Of a stretch of 57,970 nt of DNA, positions 29,900 through 38,501 are shown piece by piece. The notes under the pieces were generated by a model. The model saw only the letters and a program-made list of their open reading frames with translations. It had not been told where the DNA came from and did no database searches. Location: positions 132,657 to 190,626 of the forward strand of contig JACRJP010000003.1 of assembly GCA_016215455.1 (NCBI GenBank), read 5' to 3'. Each line of letters opens with the position of its first letter. Position 1 is the stretch's first letter. The translations under genes were made by a program, and so were the position numbers. This stretch comes from Candidatus Tayloriibacteriota bacterium (GTDB lineage Bacteria; Patescibacteriota; Minisyncoccia; Phycocordibacterales; PALSA-1337).

Positions 29900-30907
29900 T
29901 TACAGTCCCTTTTCAGTTCTGTACATATTAAATGTATCGACAAATATTTGTACAGCTTCGGCAAGTGGTTTTTCAATATACACTCCCGCAGCTCCTTTGT
30001 GACCTCCTCCCCCCAACTTCCCTGCAAGCACAGAAAGATCAAAATTTTCTGAATCACGAGTACGCAAACTCATCTTTACCTTCCCTGGAGACATCTCAAT
30101 AGCCGACACTCCGACATTCCATCCCACAGCGGACTTAAGTGTCTGAGCAATATCTCCAGCACTTGTATCATTTTCAGTAATACCATGCTTCATGAGATCA
30201 TCATACGAAACAGCAGATACAACAAGACCTCCTTCATACTCCTTCAGCGAACTTAATGCCAATCCCTGAAACAAGATTGATGGCTTTGTGTGCGAATTAA
30301 AAAGTTGTGCGAGACTTTTTGTGTACTGCGGGTATATCGCTGCAAGATTCCCTGCAACAGTTAATGAGTACGGGCGTGTTGAATCATGTCGAAATCCTCC
30401 GGTATCAGTATACATACCGATAATGAGACAGTGTGCGATCTCTGGAGTAATAGAAACCTTCCATTCGTTAAATAGGTCATAGAGAATTTCACAAGTTGAT
30501 GGATACGCAGTATCAATAAGATCAATAACTCCTCCACCAGGATTACTAACGTGATGATCAATGACGACCGCCTTCATTTCAAGGGGTAATGTAACATCAA
30601 CAATTCTACTCACACGAGCAATCGTTGCATCTTGCACAATAAGGAGATCATAATCTACCGGCGTAATCTCATGCCAATTTTTCATAAGAACTTGATCAAT
30701 ACCAGGAAAAAAAGAAAACTCGGAAGGAATGTCTGAATCTCCTTTGATTACAGTTACTTTTTTACCCATTCCCTTAAGTACGTGCATCATAGCTAACCCA
30801 CTTCCTACACTATCCGGATCAGGACTTGGATGAAAATGGAGGAGTATCGATTGAGCCCTTTCAACTTCTGCGAGAATCTTCGGTGCGAGTTCTTGTACGA
30901 GTGTCAT
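29900..30907 (-). CDS. DHH/DHHA1 phosphoesterase (NrnA-like oligoribonuclease/pAp phosphatase)
   Basis: HPSPDPDSVGS, VIDHHVSN and GGGGHKGAAG motifs. Confidence 0.85.
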   Translation of the reverse strand: MTLVQELAPKILAEVERAQSILLHFHPSPDPDSVGSGLAMMHVLKGMGKKVTVIKGDSDIPSEFSFFPGIDQVLMKNWHEITPVDYDLLIVQDATIARVSRIVDVTLPLEMKAVVIDHHVSNPGGGVIDLIDTAYPSTCEILYDLFNEWKVSITPEIAHCLIIGMYTDTGGFRHDSTRPYSLTVAGNLAAIYPQYTKSLAQLFNSHTKPSILFQGLALSSLKEYEGGLVVSAVSYDDLMKHGITENDTSAGDIAQTLKSAVGWNVGVSAIEMSPGKVKMSLRTRDSENFDLSVLAGKLGGGGHKGAAGVYIEKPLAEAVQIFVDTFNMYRTEKGL

Positions 30908-31013
30908 GGAGACAGTTTAGCATATCTCGTCATGTTTTGTAGACCCTTTTTATTTTGCTCAGTACATCTTAAATATAGTATAATGTGAAAATTATTCAGG
31001 TAATTAATATTAT

Positions 31014-31451
31014 ATGCATTTTGTATCAAAGCTTGTAGGACATCGACCAAATGCGGCAGTACTTGTACTTCGCCTTGTTGTTGGTCTTGTGTTTCTTGTT
31101 CACGGAATTCAAAAACTCGGAGGAATGGATCAAACAATCGGCTTCTTTCAGGCAATTGGAATCCCTGCCGCAGCATTCTTTGCATGGGTAGTGGCTCTTG
31201 TTGAAACACTTGGAGGTATCGCTCTCATTATTGGTATTGGTACTCACATTGCTTCAGTATTACTTGCAGTAGTCATGCTCGTTGCAATCTTCACTGTAAA
31301 GTTGAGTAAAGGATTCAGTGGTGGTTACGAATTTGACCTTGTTCTTCTTGCAAGTCTTATAGGTTTCATTTTGAATGGTGCAGGAAAGATTTCACTCGAC
31401 GCAAAGTGTAAGTGTGATAACTGCCAAGTTACTCCACCAGCACAGATGTAG
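31014..31451 (+). CDS. DoxX family membrane protein
   Basis: 145 aa with 4 TM helices. VLRLVVGLVFLVHGIQKL is the DoxX signature. Confidence 0.75.
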   Translation: MHFVSKLVGHRPNAAVLVLRLVVGLVFLVHGIQKLGGMDQTIGFFQAIGIPAAAFFAWVVALVETLGGIALIIGIGTHIASVLLAVVMLVAIFTVKLSKGFSGGYEFDLVLLASLIGFILNGAGKISLDAKCKCDNCQVTPPAQM

Positions 31452-31477
31452 TTGATCGGGTTTGATATATCGACAAG

Positions 31478-31506
31478 AAAAAATCACTCATATGAGTGAT
31501 TTTTTC
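31478..31506. terminator. Bidirectional rho-independent terminator
   Basis: AAAAAA-TCACTCATATGAGTGA-TTTTTT: perfect palindrome flanked by A- and T-runs. Confidence 0.7.
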
Positions 31507-31512
31507 TTTAAA

Positions 31513-31599
31513 CTATCGAGACTTTCTTTTTGTTGTCTTTTTTGCTTTCTTAGAAGACTTCTTTGCCTTCTTTACTACTCGCTTTTTAGCTTTTGCCAT
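31513..31599 (-). CDS. Possible 28-aa lysine-rich micro-protein
   Basis: Own translation: MAKAKKRVVKKAKKSSKKAKKTTKRKSR. It ends 7 nt before the bidirectional terminator. No clear promoter or SD found. Confidence 0.25.
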   Translation of the reverse strand: MAKAKKRVVKKAKKSSKKAKKTTKRKSR

Positions 31600-31726
31600 G
31601 GAGGATTAAATATTTTTAACTTAATTAAAGTATTCGACCGGCTACTTGTGTAATGATATCACTTTATGTAGAAAATAAAATAAAAAAAGTGTATAACTTT
31701 TATTTTTGTAAAAAATAAAAATAATT

Positions 31727-32296
31727 TTAATATTTTCTAATGACTCCTTTTACAACAGCAGCAATTTTTAAATCGTATTCAGGATAAATTGGTTTGTAAT
31801 TTTTATTTGCTGGTTCAAGAAAAAGTCGCTTGCCTGGTTTTTTACGTAAATATTTCATTGTCCAACCACCATCCACTTCTGCTACAACAATATCACCATC
31901 CTTTGGTTCGTTTTTTCTTTCAACAATAACAAGATCACCTTCTTGAATTCCAGCTTCAATCATTGAGTCTCCTTTAACTTCGAGAATATATGTTTTACTT
32001 GGATCGCTAATGAGATAGCTATCAAGACTCATTGTATCGAGCACTGATTCTTCTGCTGTTGTAGGAATTCCCGCTTCAACAAGACCCAAAAGTGGAATCT
32101 CGCCGATCAAATTATTAGGAGTTAATCTTCCTTGAGAATCTTTTGAAACAACACCCTCCGCAACCAGCTTGTTCACAAGCTTGTATACAGCATTTTTCGA
32201 TTTAAAACCAAGGAGGCTCATAATCTCCTGGTAACTCGGCATGCGTTTGCGAGTTTTATAGAAAGAAATAATTTTACTTTTATATGAATCGATCAT
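31727..32296 (-). CDS. lexA: LexA repressor (S24 peptidase)
   Basis: N-terminal wHTH (SYQEIMSLLGFKSKNAVYKLVNKL), VEAG cleavage site, GDSM catalytic Ser and TMKYL Lys. Confidence 0.9.
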   Translation of the reverse strand: MIDSYKSKIISFYKTRKRMPSYQEIMSLLGFKSKNAVYKLVNKLVAEGVVSKDSQGRLTPNNLIGEIPLLGLVEAGIPTTAEESVLDTMSLDSYLISDPSKTYILEVKGDSMIEAGIQEGDLVIVERKNEPKDGDIVVAEVDGGWTMKYLRKKPGKRLFLEPANKNYKPIYPEYDLKIAAVVKGVIRKY

Positions 32297-32328
32297 GCTA
32301 TATGGATATTGATGAAATCAAACTTATC

Positions 32329-32544
32329 CTAAAACAAAAACATTGAAGCAAACTGACCAATCTTCCCCATCCATGACTGTGATGGTACTGGCTGTCGTCG
32401 AAGAGATGCGAGCTGAGACACAAGAAACTTATGACGACGTGCTTCTGCTTTATATGGAAGTCCTTTGATAATTCTCATATCAATCACCCCATTCAAATGC
32501 TTTACCTCATTCTGCAACTCACGGATTAATGTGTGCTTACTCAT
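32329..32544 (-). CDS. 71-aa hypothetical protein, first gene of the lexA operon
   Basis: MSKHTLIRELQNEVKHLNGVIDMRIIKGLPYKAEARRHKFLVSQLASLRRQPVPSQSWMGKIGQFASMFLF. The track's 105-aa form would include the promoter and LexA box, so I used the ATG at 32544. Confidence 0.6.
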   Translation of the reverse strand: MSKHTLIRELQNEVKHLNGVIDMRIIKGLPYKAEARRHKFLVSQLASLRRQPVPSQSWMGKIGQFASMFLF

Positions 32545-32592
32545 ATATTGTATATTATGTACTCTAATAATTCGCCCTTTATTGATATACAA

Positions 32593-32621
32593 AGTATAGG
32601 TGAACGACTGTTCACCGTCAA
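32593..32621 (-). promoter_or_regulatory. SOS-type promoter of the small-ORF/lexA operon
   Basis: Minus strand reads TTGACG (rc 32616-32621) - 17 nt - TATACT (rc 32593-32598). Confidence 0.65.
32601..32614. promoter_or_regulatory. LexA operator (GAAC-N4-GTTC, Cheo-box type) inside the promoter spacer
   Basis: TGAACGACTGTTCA is a perfect inverted repeat of TGAAC, centred between the -35 and -10 boxes. Confidence 0.7.
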
Positions 32622-32681
32622 TTGTGGATAAGTAACTACGACACATTTTTTAGTTCTATAAAATAAAAACCTCCAAAAAAG

Positions 32682-34430
32682 CTACTCTTTCTTGGCTTTC
32701 ATAAACAGTCTCACTAACTGAATTTCAAAATAGGTAACAGCTGGTCGAAGCATCTTTGCCATCGGACCCTTTGACAGAATATTCTTAACTGGAGCAAGAC
32801 GCCAATCACCATACTTCTCATGAGCTTCTCGAATCGCCTCTTTGATATATCCAAAACGTCGAGCTGGAACAGTGTCTCGTAAATACTCAATCTCCATGAG
32901 AGCGAGAGGATCGGCTTCAACTAATTTTTCAAGATGTGTCAGAATAGTCTCTTCAGTCATACCTCTTCGTTCGGCAATATCGGCAAGAGAAAGTTCTTTC
33001 GCCAAAAGTGAACGAGTTGTTTCATATGTCGAAAGTTCCCCTCGTTTACCAGAAGTACCCTTCCCCTTTTTAGACTTTGCCACTTTCTTACCCTTTGCAT
33101 CAAAGACTCCTTCTCCTGCAATTTTTGCAATAAATTTCTCTTGCCGAGCATTCATATCTTCCATTCCTCGAATCTCCGCAGCTGCTTCTTTTGATAGCTC
33201 TCGTAATTCTTCATCATACTCAAGTATGTCTCCATCTACTTCAAGAGCTTTTGGATGAAGTCCGAGAATAACAAGCCCAGCGAGTGTACGAACTCGTGAC
33301 AATGCCACATACCCCATTCCTTTTTCAAATGATTTTGAAAGGTCCACTTCAATCGCATCAAGACTCATACCCTGACTCTTGTGGACTGTAATCGCCCACG
33401 CCAATCGTAATGGGTACTGACTAATTTCTGCTTTCACTTTCCCTTCCTCTTCAATCTTCCAACTTTCTGGAATAACTTGAATACTTTTGCCACCTGCAGT
33501 TTTCACAACAGGTCCTGAAGATGTCAGTGACGTTACGACTCCCAAAGTTCCATTAGCATATCCCGCTTCAAAATTATTCTTTACAAACATCACCTTTGCT
33601 CCAACACGTAATCGTAATCGCTCTGGAGCCAAACAACTTTTCTGTAAAATAGATACAAGGGTATCATGTCCACGGGTATGCATATCGTAGACAGTCTCTT
33701 TTGAAGAAAGTTTCGTAAGTTCACGTTCATTCACTGAATCAACATCAATGTTGTGAGTATAGAGACGTGTTGGTTCAATACCAGTAGATGAATTCTTTTT
33801 ATTCTGTGCATAACATTTTCTCAAATGTTCCATGGTCGTCTCACCAACTCGATTTGCTCGAATATCATTCAGGACCCGAGTCAGCGCATCATCAGTTTGA
33901 CGATGTTGCTCTTCGAGATAACATACTTTAAAACCAGCATCTTTCCATGCGTCAGAATGATATACAAAATGAGCTTCTTGCTCTCCCAGACGAGATACCG
34001 GAGGTAATTGGAAAAAATCACCACACAAAATTACTTGAATACCACCAAATGGCTTATTACTCCTCTTGAACATTTTTGTAATGCGATCAACAAGATCAAG
34101 TCGGAAATGATGCAGCATTGAAACCTCATCGATAATAAGTACTTTTACTTTTTCAAAACGTTTCCATAAATACTGTTTTTCTTGCATCGCTTCCAGATCA
34201 TACTCACTTAAAGAATCACGTACTCCAAGTCCAGACCATGCATGAATCGTTACTCCTCCCATATGTGTAGCGGCAATTCCTGTTGATGCAGTAACGCCAA
34301 TATCAACCTCGTGATCTTTGAGATAGTCGATGTATTTATTAAGAACATATGTCTTACCTGACCCTGCTGGACCAGTGATATAGACATTTGCCCCAAGTTT
34401 TAGAATATCGAGTGCTTCTTGTTGGGTCAT
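32682..34430 (-). CDS. PIF1/RecD-family SF1 helicase with C-terminal helix-turn-helix extension
   Basis: GPAGSGKTY (Walker A), LIIDEVSM (Walker B), LCGDFFQLPPV, AITVHKSQGMSLD, and a ~170-aa basic/HTH-like tail. Confidence 0.85.
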   Translation of the reverse strand: MTQQEALDILKLGANVYITGPAGSGKTYVLNKYIDYLKDHEVDIGVTASTGIAATHMGGVTIHAWSGLGVRDSLSEYDLEAMQEKQYLWKRFEKVKVLIIDEVSMLHHFRLDLVDRITKMFKRSNKPFGGIQVILCGDFFQLPPVSRLGEQEAHFVYHSDAWKDAGFKVCYLEEQHRQTDDALTRVLNDIRANRVGETTMEHLRKCYAQNKKNSSTGIEPTRLYTHNIDVDSVNERELTKLSSKETVYDMHTRGHDTLVSILQKSCLAPERLRLRVGAKVMFVKNNFEAGYANGTLGVVTSLTSSGPVVKTAGGKSIQVIPESWKIEEEGKVKAEISQYPLRLAWAITVHKSQGMSLDAIEVDLSKSFEKGMGYVALSRVRTLAGLVILGLHPKALEVDGDILEYDEELRELSKEAAAEIRGMEDMNARQEKFIAKIAGEGVFDAKGKKVAKSKKGKGTSGKRGELSTYETTRSLLAKELSLADIAERRGMTEETILTHLEKLVEADPLALMEIEYLRDTVPARRFGYIKEAIREAHEKYGDWRLAPVKNILSKGPMAKMLRPAVTYFEIQLVRLFMKAKKE

Positions 34431-34513
34431 ATGAATAGGAGCATTCTACCATTCTCTTGGGCTCTGTGGCAGGGATCTCGCTTGTTCTCTAAGGAATTGG
34501 TATTATATTCACC

Positions 34514-35797
34514 ATGAACATCACCGAAAGTACAAATAACCCCATGAAAGAAAAAATTAAAGTTGTCGTAGTAGGAGGAGGTTTCGGTGGTGCATACACT
34601 GCAAAAAATCTAGCCGCACTAGTTGATCCCAATAAGGTTGAGATAACACTGGTAAGTAAAAATAATCACTTCCTCTTTACTCCCCTTCTTCACGAAGTTG
34701 CTTCAGGAGGACTCACTCCAACATCAGTTGTTGAACCATTACGCGAAATTCTCCGTGGTTCAAATGTCCATTTTCTACAAGCAGAAGTAAAAGCGATCTC
34801 AGAAGAAAAGAAATTTATCACCATTTCAGGAGAAGAAATTCCCTACGACTATCTCGTACTATCATCAGGTGCAGAGACTAATTATTACGGTGTACTTGGA
34901 GCCGAAAAACATACTCACACTCTCAAGGATCTTTCTGATGCAATAACAATTCGTAATCGTATTATCGAAGCTTGTGAGAAAGCAGCGCTTACTACTGATG
35001 AAAACGAACGTCGTCATCTCCTATCGTGTATTATCGTCGGTGGTGGTGCGACTGGCGTCGAACTCGCTGCAGAAATTGTAGAATACCTTGAAGAAACAAT
35101 TTGTGCATACGGTAAGACACAAGGACTCTCTCAAAAAGATATTAATGTATCACTCATCGCTGCGAGTGCCGAACTCATCCCTCAATTTCCTCAAGCCCTC
35201 CGCCGTGCAGCACATGAAGAACTCACCAAAAAGGATGTTAATGTCTTTACCAACGCTCAAGCAGTTTCAGTAAGTACACATGGTGTCACCTTAGCTGATG
35301 GAACAGTGCATTCTGCTCATACTGTCATTTGGGTAGCTGGGGTTAAACCCCTACGTATTGAAATTCCTGGAGCTACCAGTGACAAAGGAGGACGTGTCAT
35401 AACAAATCAATTCCTCCAAGTACAAGGTAATAACCATATTTGGTGTCTCGGAGACGTCGCAAACTTTACACCAGCAGGAACTGCAACAACTCCTCTTCCA
35501 ATGCTTGCTCAGGTTGCCGTTCAACAAGCAAAAACTGTTGCAAAAAATATCCACGCAGTGATTGTAGGCCAACCACAATCCCCTTTTGTCTATAAATCAA
35601 AAGGTTTACTTATTTCTCTCGGCCAATGGTATGCAGCAGGAACAATATTTAATTTCAACTTCCGAGGACCGGTGATGTGGTGGGTATGGCGTACTGTATA
35701 TCTCTTTAATTTTCATTCATGGAGAAAGCGTCTCAAGATTGCTGTTGAATGGACTATCAACCTCTTCTACCCTCGAGACATTACGTATTTGCGATAA
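34514..35797 (+). CDS. ndh: Type II NADH dehydrogenase (NDH-2)-family FAD-dependent oxidoreductase
   Basis: VVVVGGGFGGAYTA and IVGGGATGVELA dinucleotide folds, and GDVA. The extended -10 TGGTATTAT ends 7 nt before the ATG. Confidence 0.85.
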   Translation: MNITESTNNPMKEKIKVVVVGGGFGGAYTAKNLAALVDPNKVEITLVSKNNHFLFTPLLHEVASGGLTPTSVVEPLREILRGSNVHFLQAEVKAISEEKKFITISGEEIPYDYLVLSSGAETNYYGVLGAEKHTHTLKDLSDAITIRNRIIEACEKAALTTDENERRHLLSCIIVGGGATGVELAAEIVEYLEETICAYGKTQGLSQKDINVSLIAASAELIPQFPQALRRAAHEELTKKDVNVFTNAQAVSVSTHGVTLADGTVHSAHTVIWVAGVKPLRIEIPGATSDKGGRVITNQFLQVQGNNHIWCLGDVANFTPAGTATTPLPMLAQVAVQQAKTVAKNIHAVIVGQPQSPFVYKSKGLLISLGQWYAAGTIFNFNFRGPVMWWVWRTVYLFNFHSWRKRLKIAVEWTINLFYPRDITYLR

Positions 35798-35814
35798 ATA
35801 AAAAGTGGGGAGTG

Positions 35815-36351
35815 TTAATTCCCGATAAACAACAACCTCTGATACCAGAGTGTCGGGAATGTTGGCTTTGCCCACACCGCCTGAACACCAGGGATAGAGT
35901 CCCCAACTTCAAGCAGAACAGGATCTTGTTGATGATCGTGCAAAGGAAGCGATATGAGCAACAATCGTTCACCCTCGAACTTTCCTTGCAGACTGAGGAA
36001 GAGAGCGAAGGCAACATCATGCGAGCATAACGACAAATGTTTTTTCCGTCGCACCTCAGGATCAAGGACGTGTGAAAAACGAACACGTCCAGGGCCTTGC
36101 GTAAGTCCGAGTTCCTCCGGAGTTAGTGCCACAACCGTCGATGATTGCAGTGCGGAATGCGCTTGAAACGATTTTGACGCAAGTGCCGCCTTCAACCAAG
36201 GACTCAATGGCACATTAATTCGCCGCTCCATCCGGGTAACCAAGTCTGGCATTGATTGACCACCAAAATGTAAAGTGTAAGGGAAATGAAGTTTTGTAGA
36301 AAAAACTCTCTTCATCGCTACATCAGTAAGGTTGTTAACTGCATCTACCAA
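35815..36351 (-). CDS. Hypothetical protein, G+C-rich orphan E
   Basis: 178-aa ORF (TTG start; alternative ATG at 36315) with no motif recognised. It fills the 575-nt gap between ndh and the GIY-YIG gene almost exactly. Coding status is uncertain. Confidence 0.45.
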   Translation of the reverse strand: MVDAVNNLTDVAMKRVFSTKLHFPYTLHFGGQSMPDLVTRMERRINVPLSPWLKAALASKSFQAHSALQSSTVVALTPEELGLTQGPGRVRFSHVLDPEVRRKKHLSLCSHDVAFALFLSLQGKFEGERLLLISLPLHDHQQDPVLLEVGDSIPGVQAVWAKPTFPTLWYQRLLFIGN

Positions 36352-36373
36352 TCACCTTACATTTTTGATGAGG

Positions 36374-36634
36374 TCAAGTCAAGGATCTCAATAATGCCAC
36401 CTTTTCTGATCGTGTCATACGCTTAATCACATATTCTCTCTTTTGAGCACTACTGCGATTTTCGCATTCTTCAGAATATCTCAAAATCACAGGGCGACGT
36501 AATGAAGTATAGTGGGCGCCTTGTGTAGATGTATTATGTTGACGTATTCGTCGCTCAAGGTCATTTGTACAACCCGTGTACAAAGTAGTATCTTTGCATT
36601 CAACAATATATACCCACCATCTTGTATGTGACAT
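36374..36634 (-). CDS. GIY-YIG nuclease-family protein (UPF0213/YhbQ-like)
   Basis: MSHTRWWVYIVECKDTTLYTGCTNDLERRIRQHN..GAHYT. The ATG at 36634 avoids overlap with the upstream gene. Confidence 0.8.
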   Translation of the reverse strand: MSHTRWWVYIVECKDTTLYTGCTNDLERRIRQHNTSTQGAHYTSLRRPVILRYSEECENRSSAQKREYVIKRMTRSEKVALLRSLT

Positions 36635-36636
36635 TA

Positions 36637-37047
36637 CTACGATATATTCTGCTTTTTCTTCATCCAATAATCAAAAGTACCCGTATCGAGACCGTGGAAA
36701 AACACCGAAAAGGCTGCGAGAGTGAGACCGAAATCACGCACACCAACAGCAGTATATCCAACGGTAAGAGTAATGTGGAGCATGTGAAGCGCAAGGAAAA
36801 ATGCAGTCACTCGTGTACACAACCCTACGAGCAATGCGAGTCCGAATACAATCTCAAAAGAACCATTAAAATGAACGATAGTCGTTGCACTCAAGCCCGA
36901 AAGAGATATCACCCAGTCTGGGATCATTTGTACCCACATTGCAGTATTTGATAGTTGAGAGAGTCCGAACCACAAAAATACAAGAGATACTCCAATACGC
37001 ACTACAATTGGAGCATATTTTGTTAATCGATCAGTGTATGGATTCAT
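36637..37047 (-). CDS. DoxX-like membrane protein
   Basis: 136 aa with 4 TM helices. IVVRIGVSLVFLWFGLSQL. Confidence 0.7.
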   Translation of the reverse strand: MNPYTDRLTKYAPIVVRIGVSLVFLWFGLSQLSNTAMWVQMIPDWVISLSGLSATTIVHFNGSFEIVFGLALLVGLCTRVTAFFLALHMLHITLTVGYTAVGVRDFGLTLAAFSVFFHGLDTGTFDYWMKKKQNIS

Positions 37048-37052
37048 AGAAG

Positions 37053-37466
37053 TTATTTAACAAGTATACCTATTTTAAATTTTGCCAACTCCTTTTCAGG
37101 ACGAGATTCTCCACCATGTTGTCCTTCAAAAGCAGCAGTCGCATCTTTACCGCACATTCCAAGGATAGCTTCCTGTCCTCCTGGATGTTTTCCGATCCAT
37201 GTTGTTACATCGTACACATTCCCTCGCACTGTCGTCCAACAATCCGCAGCACTACCGTGAGTCCCTACTTGTAGTAAGGTATACGTTCCTTGCGGAGTTG
37301 AAGATGCGATATCCTGTACATTTGATGCTGATTGTATTCCATAACTATCAGACTGATATGAATTAACAATCAATGTACTACCAAGAACTAAAATCCCTGC
37401 TCCAACCAAAAATATCACTACTTTTTTAATATTATATTGCATAATCATGTATATGGTATACGTCAA
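37053..37466 (-). CDS. Membrane-anchored cytochrome b5-like heme-binding domain protein
   Basis: N-terminal TM helix. CWTTVRGNVYDVTTWIGKHPGGQEAILGMCGKDATAAFEGQHG. Confidence 0.8.
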   Translation of the reverse strand: MTYTIYMIMQYNIKKVVIFLVGAGILVLGSTLIVNSYQSDSYGIQSASNVQDIASSTPQGTYTLLQVGTHGSAADCWTTVRGNVYDVTTWIGKHPGGQEAILGMCGKDATAAFEGQHGGESRPEKELAKFKIGILVK

Positions 37467-37506
37467 AGCTCCTCAAAAATGTGCACATTGCAATCTCAAC
37501 CAAGGA

Positions 37507-37878
37507 CTAGACCTTCTTCTTATGAATGAGAACTTTATTTTTATCAGGATCTTCAATAACCGCCATACTGCAGGTTGGATATACTGACGGTTCTACCTTA
37601 AACACAACATTGTTTTTCTTGAGATGTGCGATAACAAGGTCAAAATCATTTGCTTCAAGCGCAGCTACAGCACCGTCTGGAGATGGCTTCCAATCAGGAG
37701 AACATCCGATCGATATTGTTCCTTCGCCAATGTTGTATTCAACCCATGGTGAATTATTACTACCATCAAATTCTGAGTTTGGCTTGAGACCAAGAACTCC
37801 TTCATAGAAGGCACGAGAACGTTTGATATTAGTCACTGCGTACACGGTAAAAGCAATATTTTTAAACATACTCGTCAT
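37507..37878 (-). CDS. VOC (glyoxalase/bleomycin-resistance) family protein
   Basis: 123 aa. IAFTVYAVTNIKRSRAFYEGVLGL..AVIEDPDKNKVLI. Confidence 0.75.
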   Translation of the reverse strand: MTSMFKNIAFTVYAVTNIKRSRAFYEGVLGLKPNSEFDGSNNSPWVEYNIGEGTISIGCSPDWKPSPDGAVAALEANDFDLVIAHLKKNNVVFKVEPSVYPTCSMAVIEDPDKNKVLIHKKKV

Positions 37879-37908
37879 TTTATCATGACCAAGGGTGTCA
37901 CCACCACC

Positions 37909-38499
37909 TTAAGAATGAATCGGGATTGTAGTTGAAAATGGCAACAATTCAGAACATCTTCGATACTCTTTTAATAAATCATCCTCATACTTCAACACGT
38001 ATACATCTGGACAAGAAATCTGAAAATAAAAATTCATATCTACGTTAAATCGACGGATTAAAAAATCAGCAAAAATAGATCCATGTGTTGATACAATAAT
38101 CGTATGTGCACCCGTCAGCACAACCTTCTCAATTGCATCTGAAAATCTTCGTGACGATTGTTCGAGACTCTCACCACCTGGAAATTTAAAATTTCTATTT
38201 TGAATAGACTCTTCATGGAATTTTTTTGTATTACCGGCATAATTATGTTCAGCAAATCCGGAATCTTGATGTATTGTCATATTTTTACTTTCTGCAAAAG
38301 GTCGAATTGTCTCAATTGCTCTCGGTAAATCAGACGAATATATGGCCTCAACCGGTGTAGGTATACTTAATAGTTTAGATGCTAGATCCAGAGCTTGTTG
38401 CCCTCCTAATGTAGACAGAGAAATAACCCGATCTTTTGACGAATTACCGGTGTACTCAACCAATGCATGACGAACTATATATATAAATTGTTGATTCAT
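37909..38499 (-). CDS. Histidine phosphatase superfamily protein (branch 1)
   Basis: IYIVRHA (RH motif), SSDLPRAIET, FPGGES, STHG. Confidence 0.8.
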   Translation of the reverse strand: MNQQFIYIVRHALVEYTGNSSKDRVISLSTLGGQQALDLASKLLSIPTPVEAIYSSDLPRAIETIRPFAESKNMTIHQDSGFAEHNYAGNTKKFHEESIQNRNFKFPGGESLEQSSRRFSDAIEKVVLTGAHTIIVSTHGSIFADFLIRRFNVDMNFYFQISCPDVYVLKYEDDLLKEYRRCSELLPFSTTIPIHS

Positions 38500-38501
38500 A
38501 C

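Noticed and set aside
32545-32646. N-terminal 34-codon extension of the ORF upstream of lexA (105-aa form).
   Set aside because: The extension contains the -35/-10 boxes and the LexA operator, so it is more likely untranslated promoter DNA.
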